From an uncultured Bacilli bacterium (GTDB lineage: Bacteria > Bacillota_I > Bacilli_A > RF39 > UBA660): a stretch of 32,000 nucleotides of DNA. Below are positions 7,549 to 15,841 of this stretch, piece after piece (position 1 is the stretch's first letter; each line of letters opens with the position of its first letter). The stretch is from positions 62,336 through 94,335 of the forward strand of contig CAKPIS010000002.1 in NCBI GenBank assembly GCA_934162425.1, given 5' to 3'. The notes beneath the pieces were generated by a model that saw nothing but the letters and a program-made list of their open reading frames with translations, did not search any database and was not told the DNA's origin. Made by a program: the position numbers and the translations under genes.

Positions 7549-9084
7549 AAACGTTGGATATATACCAGGACCAATTGGAAGTCCAATAATAAACCAGCAA
7601 ATAATCATTAGTATCCATACTAAAGCTACTGCTAAGAAGCATGGGAATATTAATTTATAACAACCTTTTATACTAAAGTCATTACTATTTTTTGTATATA
7701 ATTCTACAAAACCTATAAATATAACAAAGTATGGGAATAAAGGTGTTATAGCATTAGCTAATGAATCTCCTGCTCTAAATACTATTTGAGCAAATTCTGG
7801 TGTTATATTAGCTTTCATTACAACATTCATTATGTTTGGGGCAAGTATTGCCCATTTTGAAACAGATGCTGGAACTAATATATTAGATATTACTGTAACT
7901 AATAATATTAATAATACAAGTGGTATAAATGAGAATTTTGAGGCTGCAACTAAATTTGCTAATGTTCCTGTTATTACAACACCAAAATTAGTTTCTTTAA
8001 GTATTGAAGATAGTTCTGCTGCAAAAAATATTAGTGCAAATATACTACCTATACTTTTTAAATAACTTGAAGAAAATGATACGATATCTCTTATTTTCTT
8101 TATAGTACCAGATACTACTCCAAATACAAAGCCTTGAAGTGCAAATAATAATGATATAATACCGACTAAGTTATTAGCAAATAATGAATCTGATGAGAAT
8201 AACATTTTAGAATATGTTGTTTGAGATTTATCAAGTAACAATCCTAAGAAACTTTCTTTACCAACTGGTATAATCATTAAAATTATAGGAATTAGGTAAA
8301 TTATAGTTGCTATTAAACTTGCAAATAAACCTTGCTTTTCCTTACTTTCGTCTAATATTATTTCATTTTCTTCTTCTATGGTATTTCTTCCTAGTTTTCT
8401 AACTAAATACTTTTCTGTAACCAATGTACATACTAATGCCATTAATAAAGCTGCTGCTATGATAAAGAATAAATTTCCATCTTGTAAAACTTTATATTCA
8501 TCATTTAATAGTTTTGCACTAGCTTCAGTATAACTAGATAAATTATAATCCAATGTAGTTACAAAAAGTCCTGCTCCATGTCCTGATGCAATTGATGCAA
8601 AACCTAAAGCTAATCCACCAAGTGGATTTCTATTCATACTCATAAATAGTACTGCACCTAATGGTAACAATAATACATAACCTAAATTACCATCAAGACT
8701 AGATATAATACATAGTAATGAGTATATAAATACTATCAAAAACTTTGGAATTTTCTTTGTTACTTTATTACATAAAGTTTTTAAAAAACCTGATTTTAGT
8801 GCTATTGCAAATCCTATTGATGCAATAAGTAAATTACCAAAAGGTTCAAAGTTTATTAAATTATTATATGCTGAAGATATAATAAACTTGAGTCCATCTA
8901 AACTTAATAAAGAATTAACAGCTATTGTTGTTGATTCAACTTCTCCTGCTATTGTAGTTAGCTTATCATAAGTAACCTGAAAATTAAGAAGTGATGCTAT
9001 ACCACTTGCTATAATTACAAATAATGACAAGTATATAAAGAACATAACAGGATGTGATGATCTTTTTATTTTTTTATCAATCAT
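7546..9084 (-). CDS. AbgT/MtrF-family transporter (p-aminobenzoyl-glutamate / antimetabolite transporter family)
   Basis: 512-aa polytopic membrane protein. The N-terminal HPVMFFIYLSLFVII and the ...NFEPFGNLLIASIGFAIALKSGF... region resemble AbgT-family signatures. Its start overlaps the DUF951 stop as ATGA (9081..9084). Confidence 0.7.
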   Translation of the reverse strand: MIDKKIKRSSHPVMFFIYLSLFVIIASGIASLLNFQVTYDKLTTIAGEVESTTIAVNSLLSLDGLKFIISSAYNNLINFEPFGNLLIASIGFAIALKSGFLKTLCNKVTKKIPKFLIVFIYSLLCIISSLDGNLGYVLLLPLGAVLFMSMNRNPLGGLALGFASIASGHGAGLFVTTLDYNLSSYTEASAKLLNDEYKVLQDGNLFFIIAAALLMALVCTLVTEKYLVRKLGRNTIEEENEIILDESKEKQGLFASLIATIIYLIPIILMIIPVGKESFLGLLLDKSQTTYSKMLFSSDSLFANNLVGIISLLFALQGFVFGVVSGTIKKIRDIVSFSSSYLKSIGSIFALIFFAAELSSILKETNFGVVITGTLANLVAASKFSFIPLVLLILLVTVISNILVPASVSKWAILAPNIMNVVMKANITPEFAQIVFRAGDSLANAITPLFPYFVIFIGFVELYTKNSNDFSIKGCYKLIFPCFLAVALVWILMIICWFIIGLPIGPGIYPTF

Positions 9085-9272
9085 TTTTTCTCCTCCAACA
9101 CCTTTTTTATTTTTTTATTAAAATCTACTCTAGATAACATTATGGTTCTACCACATTTAATACATTTAATTTTTATATCAACACCTGTTCTAATAATTTC
9201 AAATAAATTATTTCCACAAGGATGAGTTTTTTTCATCATAACAACTGAATTTAATTCATAATTATTTTTCAT
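9081..9272 (-). CDS. DUF951-family small protein (YyzM-like)
   Basis: 63 aa with VVMMKKTHPCGNNLFEIIRTGVDIKIKCIKCGRTIMLSRVDF, the characteristic HPCG...C..C signature. It has the typical origin-proximal position near parB and ychF. Confidence 0.8.
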   Translation of the reverse strand: MKNNYELNSVVMMKKTHPCGNNLFEIIRTGVDIKIKCIKCGRTIMLSRVDFNKKIKKVLEEKK

Positions 9273-10068
9273 TATGCACCACTATCTGATTATATGGAAT
9301 TGATATACCATTTCTATCTAAAGCATTTTTAAATTCTTTTTTAAGTATTCTCTTAACCTCATAATGTTTACCTGGCTTACATGTTGCAACAACTCTTATC
9401 ACAACGGATGAATCAGCTAATTCCTGAACTCCTAAAACATTTATATCTCCAGATAACTCTTTTATATCTTCTTTTATATTTTCTATTGTAATAGAAAGCA
9501 CACTTACTACTTCATCTATATTACATTCATAACTAACTGGTACATCTACTATAGCAACTGTTTTATCCATACTATAATTAATTACTTCAGATATATTTCT
9601 ATTAGCAATTATCTTAATTTCACCCGTAGTATTTGACTTAATTCTAGTTGTTTTAAGTGTTAAATGAGTTACAGTACCCTCAAAATCTCCTATTTTAACT
9701 AAATCTCCTACAACAAACTGATTTTCAAGCATTATAGATATACCAACTAACACATCTTTTAGTATATCTTGAAAAGCAAGACCTACAATTAATGATGCTA
9801 CTCCAAGACCAGTTAATATTGCATTTGTATTTATTCCAAATACATCAAGTATCATTAAAATAGCTAAAATTCTTAAAATATATTTAACTATATTAAATAT
9901 TAAACTACTCATTGTCTTAGACTTTCTAGTATCTAATCTTTTATGTTTTTTAGGATTAAAAGTCTTTTTTAAAGTAAATTTAAGAAGTCTTTCTAATATT
10001 ACTTCTATAATTATTATTAATATAGGAAGATATATTTCTTTAACAATAGTTAAGCCTAATATTTTCAT
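9262..10068 (-). CDS. small-conductance mechanosensitive channel (MscS family)
   Basis: Three TM helices, then VGLAFQDILKDVLVGISIMLENQFVVGDLVKIGDFEGTVTHLTLKTTRIK, the MscS beta-domain signature. AGAGG SD upstream. Confidence 0.85.
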   Translation of the reverse strand: MKILGLTIVKEIYLPILIIIIEVILERLLKFTLKKTFNPKKHKRLDTRKSKTMSSLIFNIVKYILRILAILMILDVFGINTNAILTGLGVASLIVGLAFQDILKDVLVGISIMLENQFVVGDLVKIGDFEGTVTHLTLKTTRIKSNTTGEIKIIANRNISEVINYSMDKTVAIVDVPVSYECNIDEVVSVLSITIENIKEDIKELSGDINVLGVQELADSSVVIRVVATCKPGKHYEVKRILKKEFKNALDRNGISIPYNQIVVHNEK

Positions 10069-10078
10069 ATTTTAACCT

Positions 10079-10963
10079 CTATTCTACTTCTATATTTAAT
10101 ATTTCAAGTATTCTATTTAAATCTTCTTTTGTAGCAAAAGATATTTTTATTTTATTTCCAGAAATAGATACTTTAGTATCTAACTTTTCTTTCATTGCAT
10201 CTTCTACGTATTTATATTCTTTTACTGCTTTCTTCTTAACTGGTAAAGCCTTTTCAAATTTTTCACCACTAGCTAATTCTTCTAACTCCCTTACGCTTAA
10301 GTTATCATTTACTACTTTATTAGCAAGTTCTTCTATTTGATCATGACTTTCTAATTTACTAAGCACTCTAGCATGTCCCATTGATATTTTTCCATATAAA
10401 ACCATATCTTGAACACTTAAAGGAAGTCTTAAAAGACCAAGCATATTAGTTATATGACTTCTTGATTTACCTAGTTTTTTAGCTAATTCATCTTGAGTTA
10501 GTCTAAGTGATTCTATTATTGATTTATAAGCTTTAGCTTCTTCTATAGAAGTTAAGTTTTCTCTTTGTAAGTTCTCTAAAAGTGCTATTTGCATCATTTC
10601 ATCATCAGTAAAATCTCTAATAATAGCTGGAATAGTAGTTAATCCAGCAAGTCCTGATGCTCTAACTCTTCTTTCTCCTGCTATTATATTGTATCCTTTA
10701 ACACTTTTTCTAACTATAATTGGTTGAAATACACCATGTTCTTTTATTGATTCAGATAATTCTTTTAATGCATCATCATCAAATACCTTTCTAGGTTGGT
10801 ATGGATTACTCATTAAATCCTTTATTTCAAGCATTACAACTTTATCTTTTGGTGTTTCATTAACAATTGTTTTTTCAACTTGATCAAAGTCAAGTACCTC
10901 AGTACTAAATAATTGTTCAAGTCCCATTCCAAGTGCTCTTCTTTTATTAGTCTCGTCTTTCAT
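10079..10963 (-). CDS. parB: chromosome partitioning protein ParB/Spo0J
   Basis: ParB box GERRVRA (IIAGERRVRASGLAG), an HTH (LTQDELAKKLGKSRSHITNMLGLLRL) and N-terminal LGMGLEQLF. It overlaps the parA stop by 17 nt. Confidence 0.92.
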   Translation of the reverse strand: MKDETNKRRALGMGLEQLFSTEVLDFDQVEKTIVNETPKDKVVMLEIKDLMSNPYQPRKVFDDDALKELSESIKEHGVFQPIIVRKSVKGYNIIAGERRVRASGLAGLTTIPAIIRDFTDDEMMQIALLENLQRENLTSIEEAKAYKSIIESLRLTQDELAKKLGKSRSHITNMLGLLRLPLSVQDMVLYGKISMGHARVLSKLESHDQIEELANKVVNDNLSVRELEELASGEKFEKALPVKKKAVKEYKYVEDAMKEKLDTKVSISGNKIKISFATKEDLNRILEILNIEVE

Positions 10964-11738
10964 TATGTTCTATGACCTCCTTTGCTAAATTAAGATAAGC
11001 TTCTGTTCCACGACTCATTGGATCATATGCAACTATTGGTTTACCATGACTTGGTGCCTCTGTTAATCTAATAAGTCTTGGTATTAAAGTATTATATACT
11101 CTCTCTTTAAAAAATCCTCTTATTTCTTCTACTACTTCTAATCCTAAATTAGTTCTAGAATCAAGCATAGTTAAAAGAACACCTTCTATTTCTAGTTTTG
11201 GATTAAGTTTTTTTTGTGCAAGCATAATTGAATTTAATAATTGCATTATTCCCTCTAACGCAAAAAATTCACACTGTACTGGTATCAATACAGAATTTGC
11301 CGCAGTTAACGCATTAGTTGTTAAAAGTCCAAGTGATGGTGGACAATCTATTATAATATAATCATATTTATCAATAATTGGTAATAAAGCTATTTTAAGT
11401 TGTAAACTCTTTTGAAAATTTACATCTAATTTTGACTTTTCTATTAATTCTATATCTGCACCTGCTAAATTAATTGTAGCTGGTATTATATTTAAATTTT
11501 TAAAATTTGTTCTTGTAATAGCATCTTGTGCGCTACATCTTCCAAGAAGTAAGTCATATATACTTTTATCTATATCGCCTTTATTTATTCCAACACCTGT
11601 AGAACAATTTCCTTGAGGATCTAAATCTATAAGAAGTACTTTTTTGCCTAATACGCCTAGTGATGCTGCTAAGTTTATACTAGTAGTTGTTTTGCCTACA
11701 CCACCTTTTTGATTTACTAACGCAATTGTTTTGCCCAT
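10947..11738 (-). CDS. parA: chromosome partitioning ATPase ParA/Soj
   Basis: MGKTIALVNQKGGVGKTT (deviant Walker A), then DLDPQGN and IIDCPPSLG. The track ORF starts at an upstream GTG (11756). The ATG at 11738, preceded by GAGGGG, matches the conserved N-terminus. Confidence 0.92.
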   Translation of the reverse strand: MGKTIALVNQKGGVGKTTTSINLAASLGVLGKKVLLIDLDPQGNCSTGVGINKGDIDKSIYDLLLGRCSAQDAITRTNFKNLNIIPATINLAGADIELIEKSKLDVNFQKSLQLKIALLPIIDKYDYIIIDCPPSLGLLTTNALTAANSVLIPVQCEFFALEGIMQLLNSIMLAQKKLNPKLEIEGVLLTMLDSRTNLGLEVVEEIRGFFKERVYNTLIPRLIRLTEAPSHGKPIVAYDPMSRGTEAYLNLAKEVIEHNERRD

Positions 11739-11831
11739 GACAACACTTCCCCTCACTACTTCTATTTTTATTTTTAATGTTCTATTTTATATTCTATCAA
11801 AAAATTATAATTTTTGAAAGACTTTATTAGA

Positions 11832-12764
11832 TTAATTTTGACTCTTTAATTTATTTGCAAACTCTTTTATTTTTCTAAATCTATGATTTAAGCAAGATTT
11901 ACTAACATTACTACCAGTTTCTAAACTAATTATTTCACTTAATTCAAGTAGTGATGATTCAGGATATTTTATTCTATATTCACAGCTTACTTTAAGCTTA
12001 TCATCTAATAAATCAAACGCTTCATTTTCTTTTATATAATTAATATCATTAATCAACATATTAGAAGTAGCTAACGTTTTTTCAACATTAGCTTGTTCAC
12101 AATTATTAAGTCTATTAGTCATATTTATTTTTTCTCTATAAACTCTTATTTCTTCATAATACATAACACCATTATATGCCCTAATAAGTCTTAAAAAATC
12201 ACTTATTTTTTCTGCTTCCTTAATGTATATCATGTATCCTTTTCTTCTATGTAGTATTTTACTATTTAAACCACATTCATTTAAAGTATCATTTAAAAAA
12301 TTAGCATAACTTGTATCATTTATTAAAAACTCTAAGTGATATCTAGAAGTCTTAGGATCATTTAAACTTCCACTAACTAAAAATACACCTCTTAAATATG
12401 CTCTTTTAAGTTCTTCATCAGATAATAGAGACTCGCTAGGTACTTTAAGTAATTCATTTTTATCATTTACTATACCTAAATCCCTAAGTACTTTAAGGGT
12501 ATCTTTTTTAAGTTCTAAAACATATATTTCATTTTTCTTAAAATTATAATTCTTTCTAAGTGAAATATTTAAGTTTATATCAAATAAAATTTTAAATAAA
12601 CCAAATATTCTATTTGCAACAAATTTATTTTCTGTTTGTATTTTAATATTATATATCTTAATTTGTGCACTAGTTCTTATAACTCCAGATAATTCTGATA
12701 GATACTCTGCTCTTGTACACTCTACTGAACTAATCTCTTTTTTTATTTTACTAGAAAATGTCAT
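11832..12764 (-). CDS. whiA: DNA-binding protein WhiA
   Basis: 310 aa. MTFSSKIKKEIS..., a degenerate LAGLIDADG-like core (YLRGVFLVSGSLNDPKTSRYHLEF) and a C-terminal HTH (ELSEIISLETGSNVSKSCLNHRFRKI). Confidence 0.85.
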   Translation of the reverse strand: MTFSSKIKKEISSVECTRAEYLSELSGVIRTSAQIKIYNIKIQTENKFVANRIFGLFKILFDINLNISLRKNYNFKKNEIYVLELKKDTLKVLRDLGIVNDKNELLKVPSESLLSDEELKRAYLRGVFLVSGSLNDPKTSRYHLEFLINDTSYANFLNDTLNECGLNSKILHRRKGYMIYIKEAEKISDFLRLIRAYNGVMYYEEIRVYREKINMTNRLNNCEQANVEKTLATSNMLINDINYIKENEAFDLLDDKLKVSCEYRIKYPESSLLELSEIISLETGSNVSKSCLNHRFRKIKEFANKLKSQN

Positions 12765-12789
12765 ACCCTATCACTTCCTTTACAAAAGT

Positions 12790-12818
12790 ATTATATCAAA
12801 TAAGATTTTCTTTTTCAA
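12790..12818 (-). promoter_or_regulatory. strong sigma-A type promoter for whiA (TTGAAA-17-TGaTATAAT)
   Basis: On the minus strand the -35 TTGAAA is at 12818..12813, followed by a 17-nt spacer and an extended -10 TGATATAAT with TATAAT at 12795..12790. It lies between the trxB terminator and the whiA SD. Confidence 0.65.
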
Positions 12819-12845
12819 CATATCCAGGTGTTTTTTATTCATTTA

Positions 12846-12876
12846 TTAAAAAATAGATAGCTACTTTCTATCTATT
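12846..12876 (-). terminator. rho-independent terminator embedded in the trxB-like stop codon
   Basis: Minus strand reads AATAGATAG-aaagtag-CTATCTATT followed by TTTTAAT. It is a 9-bp perfect stem, and the TAG stop forms part of the 5' arm. Confidence 0.7.
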
Positions 12877-13764
12877 AATTGCTCTTATTATATCGGTTGC
12901 TGCTAACGCACCTTCACTTGCTGCTGTTACAACTTGATATAATCTTTTGCTTACACTATCTCCTATAGCATATACTCTATCAAGAGAAGCTTTCATATTA
13001 TTATCTACTAATATTCCAAGATTATCACTATTAAGTTTCAAATTCTCATAGTACATATTGTTTATTATTTGACCAATATACACAAAAATGCACTCTATAT
13101 CTAGTTTTCTATTATTATCTAAATTAACACCAACTACTTTATCATCTTCAGTTATTACGTTATCTATATTAGAATTATAAATTATTTCTATATTATCTTT
13201 ACTTTCTATTATTTCTTTATCTTTTAATTCACACTTAAACTTATCACTTCTATTAACCATATATATTTTATGTGCTAAGTTAGATAGGTAAATAGAAGCT
13301 ATGACAGCAGATGCACCAGAGCCTACTATAACAACATCTTTATTTTTATATAAAGCTCCATCACAAGTTACGCAGTATGAAACTCCCTTTTTTATATTTG
13401 AATTTTCAAGTACAGGAAGCTTTTTAGGTGTTCTTCCAGATGCTATAACAATAAACTTAAAACTATATATTTCATCATTAGTTTTAACTATAAAATCATC
13501 ATTTTCTTTTCTTATACTTAAAACTTCACTAGAGACTATGTTAGCACCTAATTCTTCTATAGCACTATACATCCTAAATGCTAAAGTAGATGGTGATTTT
13601 TCTGTAAAACCTGGATAATTATCTATTTTAACCATCTCATTTAAAACTCCACCAGGAGCTTTTTTTTCAAATATAGTAGGATTTATTCCTGCTCTTAATA
13701 AATAAAGAGCACAACTAAGACCAGCTGGACCTGCTCCTATTATTGCAACATTATCTTTTTTCAT
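12868..13764 (-). CDS. trxB: thioredoxin-reductase-like flavoprotein (low-Mr TrxR family) with atypical pyridine-nucleotide motif
   Basis: FAD motif IIGAGPAGLS, redox CVTC (13374..13363), second Rossmann motif VIVGSGASA, and C-terminal VYAIGD...TAASEGALAA. The canonical HRRxxxR 2'-phosphate motif reads NRSDKFK (13254..13234). Confidence 0.8.
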   Translation of the reverse strand: MKKDNVAIIGAGPAGLSCALYLLRAGINPTIFEKKAPGGVLNEMVKIDNYPGFTEKSPSTLAFRMYSAIEELGANIVSSEVLSIRKENDDFIVKTNDEIYSFKFIVIASGRTPKKLPVLENSNIKKGVSYCVTCDGALYKNKDVVIVGSGASAVIASIYLSNLAHKIYMVNRSDKFKCELKDKEIIESKDNIEIIYNSNIDNVITEDDKVVGVNLDNNRKLDIECIFVYIGQIINNMYYENLKLNSDNLGILVDNNMKASLDRVYAIGDSVSKRLYQVVTAASEGALAATDIIRAINR

Positions 13765-14554
13765 CTAAAGCGTTCCTTTCATTATATAAAGATTTATTTT
13801 TTATAGATATTATTATAATTATAACTCCAATTAAATTCATTATAATTGATACTAACTGTGCCATCTTTATATTCCCTAACATTAAACTATCAGTTCTAAG
13901 TGATTCTATTAAAAACCTTAATATACCATACCATACTAAATATATTCCTGTAAGAGTTCCTGTTTTAATGTCTTTATTTCTTCTAAGAATAATAAGAATA
14001 ATAAAACATAGCAAACAAGAGAAGGACTCATATAAAAATGTTGGATGATAATAATTACCATTTATATACATTCCATCTATTATAAATTTAGGTAGATGTA
14101 ACTTCTGTAAAAATTCTAATGCTACAACAGGTCCATGAGCTTCTCCGTTAAAAAAGTTCCCCCATCTTCCAAGAGCTTGTGCTAAAACAAGTGATGGCAC
14201 TATTATATCTAAATACTTTAATAAATTAATTTTATATTTACGGCAATAATATATAAAAACCAAAAGACCAAATATTATACCACCATGTATAGCAAGCCCA
14301 CCGTTCCATATTTTTATTATTTCAGTTGGATAAGATAAATAATAATCTAAATTAAATAATACGTAGTATACTCTAGCCCCAAGTATTCCAAATATTACAC
14401 ACCAAAAAACAGAGTCATTAACAAATTTTTCATCTATATTATGCTTTTTAGCTTCTTTTAATATTAATATATAACCAATTATTACTCCAGTTAAGATAAA
14501 AAGTGAATACCACGTTACCTCTAAACTACATATTTTTATAGCTACACTATTCAT
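13751..14554 (-). CDS. lgt: prolipoprotein diacylglyceryl transferase
   Basis: WYSLFILTGVIIGY, GARVYYVLF, IWNGGLAIHGGIIFG and GRWGNFFNGEAHG are Lgt signatures. The stop overlaps the trxB start by 14 nt. The start is coupled to the upstream gene as TAAtATG. Confidence 0.9.
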   Translation of the reverse strand: MNSVAIKICSLEVTWYSLFILTGVIIGYILILKEAKKHNIDEKFVNDSVFWCVIFGILGARVYYVLFNLDYYLSYPTEIIKIWNGGLAIHGGIIFGLLVFIYYCRKYKINLLKYLDIIVPSLVLAQALGRWGNFFNGEAHGPVVALEFLQKLHLPKFIIDGMYINGNYYHPTFLYESFSCLLCFIILIILRRNKDIKTGTLTGIYLVWYGILRFLIESLRTDSLMLGNIKMAQLVSIIMNLIGVIIIIISIKNKSLYNERNALDEKR

Positions 14555-14555
14555 A

Positions 14556-14999
14556 TTATTTTGTACACCTTTCTATTATAGGTTTAATTATTAAGTTTTC
14601 CATTATTAGGTTCATCAAACTAATAAACATTGCTATTATAATAGGAGAAAAAAAGCCATGTAACTCAAAAGCACTTCCTAATATAAAATCAACAATAAAT
14701 AATATTATTACATTAATTACAAAGTAAAATAATCCAAGTGATATTCCTATAAGAGGGAGAGATAATGATACTAATATAGGTTTAATTGTTTTATTTAGTA
14801 TAAATATTATAATGGCAGCTAAAAGACCATATAAGAAATTTTTAACGTAAATTGATCTAAATAAGCCAGAGGCCATTAAAAGTACAATGGCATAACCTAC
14901 CATGTATATAAGCCATTCTATAAATAAATTTAATCTGTACTTAGTATCAGTATTATTTTTATAATTTTTTTTATTATCATCTACTACAATTACTTTCAT
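14556..14999 (-). CDS. YvlD/holin-4_2 (DUF360) family membrane protein
   Basis: Four hydrophobic helices with ...LNKTIKPILVSLSLPLIGISLGLFYFVINVIILFIVDFIL..., typical of PF04020-type proteins. The ATG at 14999 has a GGTGA SD, whereas the upstream ATG at 15011 has none. Confidence 0.6.
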   Translation of the reverse strand: MKVIVVDDNKKNYKNNTDTKYRLNLFIEWLIYMVGYAIVLLMASGLFRSIYVKNFLYGLLAAIIIFILNKTIKPILVSLSLPLIGISLGLFYFVINVIILFIVDFILGSAFELHGFFSPIIIAMFISLMNLIMENLIIKPIIERCTK

Positions 15000-15113
15000 G
15001 TGTATCACCATAATAATTATAACACAATATAATCTTTTTATATATATTATTTAAAGTTCTTAATTTAGACATTTTTTATGATAATGAATTAAAATAAGCA
15101 GACACATTATCTG

Positions 15114-15287
15114 CTATCTGCTCTTTTTTTGATGAACCTCATATGAACTACCATTTATTAGAACATATGGTATATTTTCTTTTAGTCTCTTTTTTAAAAC
15201 TCTTTTTCCTTCTGCATTATAAACTTTATTTTCTTTTCTAATATATATTGAAAAATTAGGATATAATCTACTTATCTTATCTATCAT
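15114..15287 (-). CDS. small ORF (57 aa), possibly the N-terminal remnant of a phage NUMOD4/HNH-type endonuclease
   Basis: MIDKISRLYPNFSIYIRKENKVYNAEGKRVLKKRLKENIPYVLINGSSYEVHQKKSR loosely follows the NUMOD4 pattern (aromatic-x-V/I...G-K/R-x-L-K...Y...VH) and stops where an HNH domain would begin. It overlaps the ArpU-like stop by 11 nt. The track start at 15317 is TTG. Confidence 0.3.
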   Translation of the reverse strand: MIDKISRLYPNFSIYIRKENKVYNAEGKRVLKKRLKENIPYVLINGSSYEVHQKKSR

Positions 15288-15696
15288 TTTTTTCTTCAAC
15301 CCCCAAACAATATGCAAATCTAATTAATGTTTCTTTCTTCTTTAAATAATAATATCCTAATGAAAAGCCTAGCGAATTAGCTATATATCTATCATCATAA
15401 TTATCTTCTTTATCTAAATATGTCCAGTATATTATTTTTCTTTCTTCTGTTGTTAATTTATTAAATGAAAATCTAAAATAATTTATGTATAATATTCTTT
15501 CTTTTTTCTCATCTTTTGTAATATTTGAATAAGCTTTATCATCTTCTATGCCCTTTATTTCATCTAATAGGTAATCATCATTTATTTTTGACGGAGAAGA
15601 TAAATCAACGGATAAACTATAATAAATATATTGTTTTATAGTATTTTCAACATTCTTTTTAGTCTTACCCCAACATATGTCTATAGTCTTATACAT
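15277..15696 (-). CDS. ArpU-family (sigma-70 region-4-like) phage-type transcriptional regulator
   Basis: 139 aa, the typical ArpU size. The C-terminal LTTEERKIIYWTYLDKEDNYDDRYIANSLGFSLGYYYLKKKETLIRFAYCLG looks like a region-4 HTH. GAAGGAGAG SD upstream. Own transcription unit, with terminators on both sides. Confidence 0.5.
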   Translation of the reverse strand: MYKTIDICWGKTKKNVENTIKQYIYYSLSVDLSSPSKINDDYLLDEIKGIEDDKAYSNITKDEKKERILYINYFRFSFNKLTTEERKIIYWTYLDKEDNYDDRYIANSLGFSLGYYYLKKKETLIRFAYCLGVEEKNDR

Positions 15697-15776
15697 GTTT
15701 ATCCAACTCTCCTTCTATATATATTTTAACATTTAAAAAGATACAAAAGTTAACTTTAAAATCACTAATAAATCAT

Positions 15777-15812
15777 AAAAAAATAAAGTAAAAGTCATAT
15801 GCTTCTACTTTA
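15777..15812 (-). terminator. rho-independent terminator of uvrA
   Basis: Minus strand reads TAAAGTAGAAG-catatga-CTTTTACTTTA followed by TTTTTTT: an 11-bp stem with one G-U pair. Confidence 0.7.
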
Positions 15813-15841
15813 TTATTATCTATCAATATATTAAAACCCTC

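Noticed and set aside
11004-11019. Possible parS site TGTTCCACGactcatt at the end of parA. A second CACGTG-centred sequence, TGTACCACGTGCTAAA, lies at 21550-21565 in uvrB.
   Set aside because: The first matches only one half-site of TGTTNCACGTGAAACA. The second has 4 mismatches and sits deep in uvrB. I saw no convincing 16-bp parS palindrome anywhere in the window.
11739-11756. N-terminal extensions in the ORF track from upstream alternative starts: parA GTG 11756, ychF GTG 2336, yitT GTG 26823, ftsX ATG 25246, yvlD-like ATG 15011, acidic ORF ATG 22554, and the small ORF TTG 15317.
   Set aside because: Downstream ATG codons align with the conserved N-termini and have a properly spaced SD and/or stop-start coupling. 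The extensions have neither.
15012-15841. Possible att-like direct repeats (TATATATATT...TTTAAAG) flanking the ArpU-like islet.
   Set aside because: The shared strings are short, imperfect and pure A/T in a very AT-rich genome. They cannot be distinguished from chance by eye.
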